Below are positions 57,202 to 64,000 of a stretch of 64,000 bases of DNA, in pieces. The position numbers and the translations under genes are program-made. Position 1 is the stretch's first letter. Every line of letters starts with the position of its first letter. The stretch is taken from assembly GCA_045539335.1 (NCBI GenBank), contig JAZQFD010000025.1, forward strand, positions 35,545 through 99,544. Direction: 5' to 3'. The notes beneath the pieces are model-generated. The model was not told where the DNA came from, did not search any database, and saw only the letters and a program-made list of their open reading frames with translations. This DNA is from Eubacteriales bacterium (GTDB taxonomy: Bacteria > Bacillota > Clostridia > Oscillospirales > QAKW01).

Positions 57202-60171
57202 TTAGTTATGTGTTTTTTCAAAGGTGTCGAAGAGTTCTTGGGCCAAGCCCTGCATGGCATCGGGGGTGACCTTCAGCACTTGGCGATCATAGGTATAAAG
57301 ACCGTTGGTCTCATCCTCCACATCGCTGACCTGGGTATACACGGCGGCAGAGAGTCCGTCCTCAATGGCAGGAAGAATCTCCCGCCGATAGAGGGCGCAA
57401 AAAGCCGTTTCCAATTCCTTTGGCTCTTCGGTGAAGAAATGGTAGCCGGTATTCTCATCCAGATTAAAGGAATGATTCTGTACCTTGCAGGAATAGCCGC
57501 CAAATTCCGAAAGAACCATGGGTTTTTCCGGCACGGCTTTGAGCTTTATGGGCTTGAAATAGATATGGTCGCTTTCCACATCGGAGCGAGTCTCTTTAAA
57601 CCAGCCGGAGGTGGTATCGTAGATGCGGGTGGGATCCTGCTCTTTAAAATAGGTATAGCATTCATCGGCTTCAAACTGCCCCCAGCCCTCATTGAAGATG
57701 GTATAGTATACCACCGAGGGGTGATTATAAAGGGACTCTTGAATCCCCTTGCTTTGAAGCAGGAATTGCTCCTTGCGGGCAGGGGTTGCCCGATGGGTGA
57801 TGCCCCGCCGCAGCCAAACGGTGGGGATAGCGGTATCGATGAAAAAGTCATACCGCCCCGAATTAATGAAATCCTGAAAGACGATCATGCCGTATTTGTC
57901 GCAATAATAATAGAACAGCTCCGGCTCTAATTTAATATGCTTGCGGAGCATATTAAAGCCACACTCTTTCATTTTGAGAATATCGTTTCGGAAGCCCTCG
58001 GGGGTGGCGGGGAGGAAAATGCCATCGGGGAAGTAGCCTTGATCCAAAAGACCGTGGAAGAAATAGGGGCGGTCATTCAGAGTCAGCAGTGCCTTGCCCT
58101 TTACTTGGGTCACCCCAACGGTGCGCAGACCGAAATAGGAATCCACTCGATCTTCGCCGTGTACCACCGAGAATTCATAAAGATAAGGATCCTCCGGCGT
58201 CCAAAGATGGGGCTCCTCCACCGGAACGGTTATACAATCAGTAAAAGGAATCTCCTTTTCGCCAAAGAGTAAAATATTTTCTCCGGCGGCTTCAACGGTG
58301 AAATCCGTCAGCGTGGTGGTGACCTTCAGGGAGGCGAGATAATCGGCGGGAACGCTCTCCAGCCACACCGTTTGCCAAATACCGCTGATTTTGGTATACC
58401 ACATGCCGCCCCGCTTGGTGCGTTGCTTACCGTAGGGCAGTTCTAAATTCAAGGGGTCGGTGACCTCTACCTGCAGAAGATTTTCCCCCTCCTGCAACGC
58501 TTCGGTAATATCAAAGGTAAAGGGCAGATAGCCGCCGCTATGGAAGCCAATCTGCTTACCGTTTAAGAATACATTGGCCTCTTGATCCACCGCTCCGAAA
58601 TGGAGCAGTACCCGCTCTTTTTGAAAGCCTGCGGGCAGAGAAAAGGTGCGGGAATAGAGCAAAAGGTCGCCTTTTTCGGTGATCCGCTCCACGCCGGAAA
58701 GGCGGCTCTCCGGCGGGAAGGGAACGGTGATCCCCTCAAATTCTTCTGCTTCTTGAGGAGTCTGCACCGCAAAGGTCCAGCGACCGTTGAGGCAAAGGTA
58801 AGAATCCCGCTTCATTTGCGGGCGGGGATAATCGGAGAAGGGGATTTCTTCCATCTTTTCTTCAAAGGGGGTGGTCAGCTTCACGGTACGGGTGGGAATG
58901 GTCTTGCGAATCCACCAAAAGAAGGGAAGGATCACCAAAATGGCAATAAGAGCGCCTAAAAAGATGTTTTCATTGGGGATAAAGGAGGTGGTGCCGTCGC
59001 TTCCCACCACCGTTTGGGCATTGGCAAGGATCTGCTTGCCGATAAAGGGACCTACAATTCCCGGCACAAACACCTGAGCAAAGATCCGCACCCCTTGCAG
59101 CATGCCCGATTTGCCGGCGGGGGTATGATCCCGCACCGCCGCACCAAAGACCGCCATCCCCGAAAGGTAGCCGGCCATCATCAAAAGAGAGCCCAAAAAG
59201 ACCAAGGGGGTGGAACGGAAAAAGAATAAGAGCAGATAGCCGGCCATCAGTAAGCCTACCGACCAAAGCCCTGAGAAGCGAAATCCCTTTTGATCATAGG
59301 CCTTGCCCCAAAAGGCGGTAAAGACTGCCGCCAGAATAATGGCCGGCGCCATGATCAGCACATAATTGGCCATCTTCAGCCCTTCGGTATAATAGAGGAT
59401 CAGATAGGGCATGAAGATCTGAATGGAAATGTTGAACACAATAAAGGCCAAAAGGGTCACATAAAGGGTGGGATTGGCTTTCACGGTGGAGGGGCGGAAG
59501 CCATAAAAGACCGTTTTAAAATAAGGCTCTTTTACCGGCTGAATGTGGGGTTCTTTAATCAAAAAGAGACCCAAAATACCAAAAAGCAGAGTCAGTCCGC
59601 CGATGACCGAGAAGATCACCGTCCAGCTTTCGATCTTTTTAAGATCAAAGAACATAAATCCGCCAAAGACCACCAAAATGGCCACTAAGGGCATCATGGA
59701 ATTAATGCCCTCGGCGGCGCCACGGTTGGTACTGTCGGTAGAATCGGTAAGCCAAGCGTTAAAGGCGGCATCATTGGCAGAGGAGCCAAAGAAGGTCATC
59801 ACGCAATCGAGAATAATCACCAAGGTCACCCCCACCGCCGCCGCAGAGGCTGCCATGGGGAAGAGGGCAGAGATGAGATCAATGCGCAAAAGGGTAAAGC
59901 TCAAAATGGAAAGACCCCAAAGAATATACCCTGCCGAAATAAAAATTTTGCGCTTGCCCAATCGATCGGAAAGGGCCCCCACCAAAACGGTGGTCAGAGT
60001 GGCGGCGACCGAGGAGGCGGCCACCATATGGGAAATGTCGGCGGCAGAGGCGTTGAAAATATTGTAGATAAACACATTGAAATACATATTCTCTACCACC
60101 CATGCCACCTGACCCATCAGGCTGAAGATGGCAAGGGCCGCCCAAAACCGACCGGAGAGTTTGGTTTTCAT
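57202..60171 (-). CDS. MFS transporter fused to a glycoside hydrolase family 2 domain
   Basis: About 420 aa of TM helices (GALSDRLGKRK), then YPRPQ..LNGRW, LHFGAVD, SGIWQTVWLE, GFNMLRKHIK, FNEGWG, SEFGG in one frame. Confidence 0.88.
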   Translation of the reverse strand: MKTKLSGRFWAALAIFSLMGQVAWVVENMYFNVFIYNIFNASAADISHMVAASSVAATLTTVLVGALSDRLGKRKIFISAGYILWGLSILSFTLLRIDLISALFPMAASAAAVGVTLVIILDCVMTFFGSSANDAAFNAWLTDSTDSTNRGAAEGINSMMPLVAILVVFGGFMFFDLKKIESWTVIFSVIGGLTLLFGILGLFLIKEPHIQPVKEPYFKTVFYGFRPSTVKANPTLYVTLLAFIVFNISIQIFMPYLILYYTEGLKMANYVLIMAPAIILAAVFTAFWGKAYDQKGFRFSGLWSVGLLMAGYLLLFFFRSTPLVFLGSLLMMAGYLSGMAVFGAAVRDHTPAGKSGMLQGVRIFAQVFVPGIVGPFIGKQILANAQTVVGSDGTTSFIPNENIFLGALIAILVILPFFWWIRKTIPTRTVKLTTPFEEKMEEIPFSDYPRPQMKRDSYLCLNGRWTFAVQTPQEAEEFEGITVPFPPESRLSGVERITEKGDLLLYSRTFSLPAGFQKERVLLHFGAVDQEANVFLNGKQIGFHSGGYLPFTFDITEALQEGENLLQVEVTDPLNLELPYGKQRTKRGGMWYTKISGIWQTVWLESVPADYLASLKVTTTLTDFTVEAAGENILLFGEKEIPFTDCITVPVEEPHLWTPEDPYLYEFSVVHGEDRVDSYFGLRTVGVTQVKGKALLTLNDRPYFFHGLLDQGYFPDGIFLPATPEGFRNDILKMKECGFNMLRKHIKLEPELFYYYCDKYGMIVFQDFINSGRYDFFIDTAIPTVWLRRGITHRATPARKEQFLLQSKGIQESLYNHPSVVYYTIFNEGWGQFEADECYTYFKEQDPTRIYDTTSGWFKETRSDVESDHIYFKPIKLKAVPEKPMVLSEFGGYSCKVQNHSFNLDENTGYHFFTEEPKELETAFCALYRREILPAIEDGLSAAVYTQVSDVEDETNGLYTYDRQVLKVTPDAMQGLAQELFDTFEKTHN

Positions 60172-60183
60172 AAAAAATCCTCC

Positions 60184-60396
60184 TTATTTTAAGGGCTTCG
60201 GCTCGTCGATGAGCCCTAAAATGTAATCAGCAGAAACATTGAAATGCCTTGCTAAGAGAATCAGCTTTTCACCGCTGATATCTGATTTTTCGCTTTCGAT
60301 GTTACTGTATTGTTGTTGCGTAGTCCGAAGAATCTTTGCCATGTCCTTTTGAAACAGGTCGTGATCTTCTCGAAGATCTTTAATTCGGTAATTCAT
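60184..60396 (-). CDS. XRE family helix-turn-helix regulator
   Basis: RIKDLRED..QKDMA..TTQQQYSNIE..FNVSADYILG. Confidence 0.9.
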   Translation of the reverse strand: MNYRIKDLREDHDLFQKDMAKILRTTQQQYSNIESEKSDISGEKLILLARHFNVSADYILGLIDEPKPLK

Positions 60397-60431
60397 AGGA
60401 GCACTCCTTTCTTCTATAAGAAAAGAATATC

Positions 60432-60505
60432 ATACAAATCTAACTTGTATTGACATATACAAATAAAATTTGTATAATAGAGTAAAATACAAATTTGATT
60501 TGTTT
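60432..60505. promoter_or_regulatory. Consensus SigA promoter overlapped by three ATACAA-N7-TTGT operators
   Basis: TTGACA 60450-60455, 17 bp, TATAAT 60473-60478; palindromes at ~60432, 60457, 60487. Confidence 0.8.
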
Positions 60506-60521
60506 AAAAGGGGTGTTATGC

Positions 60522-60782
60522 ATGGAAAATTTAAGAGAAGTATTAAAAGAGGCGTTGTATGAGCGGGCGGCCCGATTATCGGTACAGGCGCAGAAAAAGG
60601 ATCTGGAATGGACGGTGTGTGAGCAAGCGTATGGAGAGTTCTTAGAGGCGTTGCAAAAGGTGGGATTGGTGGATCAAGCCGAAACGGTTTTCGGAAGCCT
60701 TCGGGTGCAGGAAACGGAGTATTTCTATTGGCAGGGTCTGCTGGACGGCACAGCGCTGTTGAGACTTTTATCGGAAAAATAA
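60522..60782 (+). CDS. Hypothetical protein divergent from XRE
   Basis: 86-aa helical ORF with AAGGGGTG RBS behind a consensus promoter. Confidence 0.65.
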   Translation: MENLREVLKEALYERAARLSVQAQKKDLEWTVCEQAYGEFLEALQKVGLVDQAETVFGSLRVQETEYFYWQGLLDGTALLRLLSEK

Positions 60783-60831
60783 AATCCAAAAAATACACAA
60801 AAGCCGTTGATATTTTTCCGATACGAGAAAT

Positions 60832-60941
60832 AACACACCCCGAAGCGGTTGCTTCGGGGTGTGTTGCGATATATTTGCCTTGCAAATTCGATATATCTTC
60901 GCAAATGCTCAGATGCGATATGCCCCACCGAAGGCGGGGCG
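60832..60941. repeat. Half copy E of the multi-hairpin heptamer element
   Basis: Long terminal hairpin AACACACCCCGAAGC..GCTTCGGGGTGTGTT, then 3x (G/T)CGATAT alternating with hairpins. Confidence 0.7.
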
Positions 60942-60969
60942 CTGCAAATGAGGCAAAGCCTCTTTTGCA

Positions 60970-61419
60970 TTAAAGATCGTCTACGGTGACGGTTCCGTCT
61001 TCCTCCACGGTGACGGTCATGCCATCCTGCACATAGTTTAAGAATTCATCGCCCAAGCAGTCGATGACCGGCATGGACACATCATCCAGCCACACATCGG
61101 CCAAAATGGAGCCGGCGGCGGCCAGAGAATCGATATGGTTGGCAAAGAGCATGCAAGCCGGCTGACGCTTCATGGCGCAGGCGCAATAAAGCACCATGCC
61201 GCCGGTGGTGGAGCCGATGGTCTGAGGCAGGCAAAGGGCCTTTCCTCTCATCTGCTTGCCATAGAGATCGGGGTTATTCTGATCGCCGCAGGTGGCCTCT
61301 TTATCGCCAAATTGCAGGGCCTTCTGGAAGGAGGCTAAGGTATTGAGACCCCCATGGGTCACCAGCGCTTCGGCGGTTACCTTGCCGGGGGCAACCACCC
61401 GTCCTTTAAAAGTCTTCAT
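60970..61419 (-). CDS. Aconitase X swivel-domain subunit (DUF126)
   Basis: GRVVAPG..AEALV, LYGKQMRGKAL..GST. Confidence 0.8.
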   Translation of the reverse strand: MKTFKGRVVAPGKVTAEALVTHGGLNTLASFQKALQFGDKEATCGDQNNPDLYGKQMRGKALCLPQTIGSTTGGMVLYCACAMKRQPACMLFANHIDSLAAAGSILADVWLDDVSMPVIDCLGDEFLNYVQDGMTVTVEEDGTVTVDDL

Positions 61420-61422
61420 GGC

Positions 61423-62697
61423 TTATTTGCCTCCTTTCGTGATCTGAACGAGGATCTCCTCGTCGGTATAATAGCGGGCGGTGGTATAGGTGCGGAGCTT
61501 ATTGGAGGAGGTGATCACCGGCATCTTGCCTGCCAAGGGGTTGTTCATATACATCAAGGGGCAGATATAGGAAACGATAACGCCGGTGGCCTTCAGCCGA
61601 GGGGCATAGGGCGTCTTATTAAACTCCTCAATAACGCCGGGTGCGGCGGTAAAGACGGTGGGGATCAGCACCTTTTTATTGCCGGCCTCTTTCAGTCCGG
61701 CCTCCACCTTATCGGTCCAGTCCTTGAGCTGCTGCAGGCTCATATGGGGGCAACCCATAAAGCAGAGCTTGGGCTTGGCATCCTTGTTTTTCCACATAAT
61801 GGGATATTCATCATACACCCGCTGCAGCTCTTCATCGGTGATGACATATTCCTTAGCACCCTCGGCAATGAGGCTCTCGCCCAATTCCACCGCCTCGGGG
61901 GTCAGGTTGGCAATGTGATACAGCCCCACAGCACCGTTGGAAGCGGTGGCGGCACCGAAATCCTTTAAGTAGGAGCAGGCCTCCTCGGTCAGCTCATTGC
62001 CCAGCCATTTATCCAGCCCGATGACATAAGGAACATCCTCCATCACCTTCATGCCGATGGCAGAGCCCAAAAGCTGCGCTTCAGGCTTTTTGGTGGTCTC
62101 CACTCGAATGACCCAGGTGGCTTTTCGACCCTCATCGGTCAAAAGACCGAAATAAGGCACATAGCCTGCCACCGAGCCCATAATATCCATAATGCCGGAG
62201 TTGCGGTTACAGCGAGCGCCCAATACCGAGTTGACATAGGCCACCGCCGAGGATTCCGCCCAGCTTAAGATATCGCCCTTTTTGGGCAGGTTGCCCACCT
62301 GCTCCAAGTAAGAAGCGCAGGTAAAGGCATCCTCATTCATCAGACCCAGCTTTTTGAGCTGTTCTTCATAAAAGTCTTGTTTGGAATACATAAACTTGTT
62401 GAAGATCAGGTTCATAATGGGGTTGGCGGGCACATTTTTATCCAAGGGACGGGGGTCCATGGAAAATTTCTGCTGCGATACCGCACCGGCCTCGATCAAC
62501 TGATCCATCAGGTCATAAACCGGCCCGATCATCTTCAGACCGAAGGAGGTCACCAAATGGTTGTACTGGCCGGTGACCGGCACCAGCTTTTCAGCGCCGA
62601 AGGCATCGCCATACATCACCAAGGTTTTCATTACCTTGGCCATGGTTTCTCCTTGGGAGCCGTTTAATAGGGCTTGTTGTTCGTCGGTTAAATACAT
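61423..62697 (-). CDS. Aconitase X catalytic subunit (DUF521)
   Basis: MYLTDEQQALLNG..G, TC, WAESSAV..NSVLGARCNR, GCPH. Confidence 0.85.
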   Translation of the reverse strand: MYLTDEQQALLNGSQGETMAKVMKTLVMYGDAFGAEKLVPVTGQYNHLVTSFGLKMIGPVYDLMDQLIEAGAVSQQKFSMDPRPLDKNVPANPIMNLIFNKFMYSKQDFYEEQLKKLGLMNEDAFTCASYLEQVGNLPKKGDILSWAESSAVAYVNSVLGARCNRNSGIMDIMGSVAGYVPYFGLLTDEGRKATWVIRVETTKKPEAQLLGSAIGMKVMEDVPYVIGLDKWLGNELTEEACSYLKDFGAATASNGAVGLYHIANLTPEAVELGESLIAEGAKEYVITDEELQRVYDEYPIMWKNKDAKPKLCFMGCPHMSLQQLKDWTDKVEAGLKEAGNKKVLIPTVFTAAPGVIEEFNKTPYAPRLKATGVIVSYICPLMYMNNPLAGKMPVITSSNKLRTYTTARYYTDEEILVQITKGGK

Positions 62698-62709
62698 CGA
62701 TTTTTCTCC

Positions 62710-64000
62710 TTACAGTTTCATTGCAATATCCCATGCCTGCCAGATCACCGTGCGCAGGTTGCCCACCTTATAGGCATCGCCCAAAACATGAACGCCCTTT
62801 TTGGTGAGCGGCGCAGGGGTGTAGCCTACCGAGAGGATCACATCGTCCCCTTCAATAGAGAAGGAGTTGCCCTCTTTGTCGGCAACGGTGACAAAGCCAT
62901 CCTCAATGGCCTGCAGGCGGGTCTCCAGATGCACCGGCACCTGATTGGTCTTAAAGAAATCTCTTAAGTAGCTGGTATTGGCAAGGCAGACGCCCTTGGT
63001 GGTAATCAGATCGTCCTGCATCTCCACAATGGTGGGCTTTTTGCCCTGCAGATACAGTTCATAAGCAATCTCACAGCCGGTAAGCCCGCCGCCGATGATG
63101 GTCACCCGATCTCCCACCTCTTTTTTGCCCAAGAGGAAGTCGATGGCCTCGGTGGCCTTTTCAGCGCCGGCAACGGGGATGCGATTGGGCACCGCACCGG
63201 TGGCAACGATGATTTCATCAGCCTCCAAAGAGGCGGTGTCTTTAATTTCGGTGTTCAGCTTCACCTCAATGGGATACTTGGTCAGCTCCCGCTTGTACCA
63301 AGTGATCAGATCCCGATCCTTTTCCTTAAAGGAGGGAGCCGCCGCCGCAATAAACACGCCGCCCAGCTCGCCGGTCTTTTCATAGAGGGTGACCGAATGT
63401 CCCCGCTTGGCGCAGACCAAAGCGGCCTCCATGCCGCCGATGCCGCCGCCGATAATAGCGATCTTCTTTTGCTTTTTGGCGGGGGTAATATGATATTTTT
63501 TAGATTGCATGGTCTCGGGGTTCAGGGCACAGCGGGCAAGACCCATGGTATCGGTAAGATCCTGAGTATTGGCATGACCCTTGGAGGAGGAGAAATTAAA
63601 GCAGCCTGCATGGCAACAAATGCAGGGGCGGATATCCTCCAGCCGCTCCTCGATCATCTTGGTGATCCACTCAGGATCCGCCAAGAATTGGCGGGCAACG
63701 CCCAGACCGTCGATCTTGCCTTCGGCAATGGCTTGAGCCCCTACCTCCGGCTCCATGCGGCCGGCGCAAACCACCGGAATGTCCACAAATTTTTTAATAT
63801 GAGCCACGCTCTCCAGATTGCAGTTTTGGGGCATATACATGGGGGGATGAGCCCAGTACCAAGAGTCATAGGTGCCATTGTCGGCATTGAGCATATCATA
63901 GCCGGCATCCTGCAGGTACTTGGCGGCCTTCTCCGATTCCTCCATGCTGCGGCCCATTTCGGTATAATCCTCTCCGGGCAGAGCGCCATAGCGGAAATCC
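62710..64000 (-). CDS. NADH:flavin oxidoreductase (OYE + FAD domain; enoate/dienoyl-CoA reductase-like), 5' end outside the window
   Basis: ARQFLADP, CICCHAGC Fe-S motif, IIGGGIGG and IIGGGLTGCE Rossmann motifs. Confidence 0.88.
   Translation of the reverse strand, partial: DFRYGALPGEDYTEMGRSMEESEKAAKYLQDAGYDMLNADNGTYDSWYWAHPPMYMPQNCNLESVAHIKKFVDIPVVCAGRMEPEVGAQAIAEGKIDGLGVARQFLADPEWITKMIEERLEDIRPCICCHAGCFNFSSSKGHANTQDLTDTMGLARCALNPETMQSKKYHITPAKKQKKIAIIGGGIGGMEAALVCAKRGHSVTLYEKTGELGGVFIAAAAPSFKEKDRDLITWYKRELTKYPIEVKLNTEIKDTASLEADEIIVATGAVPNRIPVAGAEKATEAIDFLLGKKEVGDRVTIIGGGLTGCEIAYELYLQGKKPTIVEMQDDLITTKGVCLANTSYLRDFFKTNQVPVHLETRLQAIEDGFVTVADKEGNSFSIEGDDVILSVGYTPAPLTKKGVHVLGDAYKVGNLRTVIWQAWDIAMKL

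Noticed and set aside
60184..60782. Prophage remnant
   Set aside because: Only an XRE and one small ORF; no integrase, replication or structural phage genes nearby

Overview
A 64-kb chromosomal window from a spore-forming Bacillota (Clostridia-like; taxonomy inferred from gene content and protein style) that spans the replication origin. The left part is the origin cluster jag-yidC-yidD-rnpA-rpmH / dnaA-oriC-dnaN-yaaA-recF-remB-gyrB-gyrA, with glyS unusually sitting between rpmH and dnaA. Housekeeping and transport genes follow (recG, SASP, recA-recX-rimO-pgsA, clpC, trmL, birA-bioY-mtnN), together with a cobalamin riboswitch (DUF4430 protein + CbrT-like ECF S component), a THF riboswitch (folT) and tRNA-Val(GAC). 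From about 42 kb the region is accessory: AraC + glycoside hydrolase + a tandem mosaic array of EEP phosphoesterases, a frameshifted GNAT gene bracketed by 17-bp inverted sites, XRE regulators, an MFS-GH2 fusion, and split aconitase X next to a flavin oxidoreductase. The most striking unexplained signal is non-coding. A dispersed family of ~200-280 bp elements (4 full copies, 1 half copy, 1 variant) has conserved GYGATAT/ATATCRC heptamers alternating with hairpins of free sequence, and an 11-12 bp long-range stem that covaries between copies; two copies share a promoter-like tail. There are also two arrays of a 17-19 bp palindrome (ATACAA-N5-TTGTAT) spaced every ~42 bp, one with unique 23-26 nt spacers. 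All family assignments come from motif recognition by eye; no searches were run.
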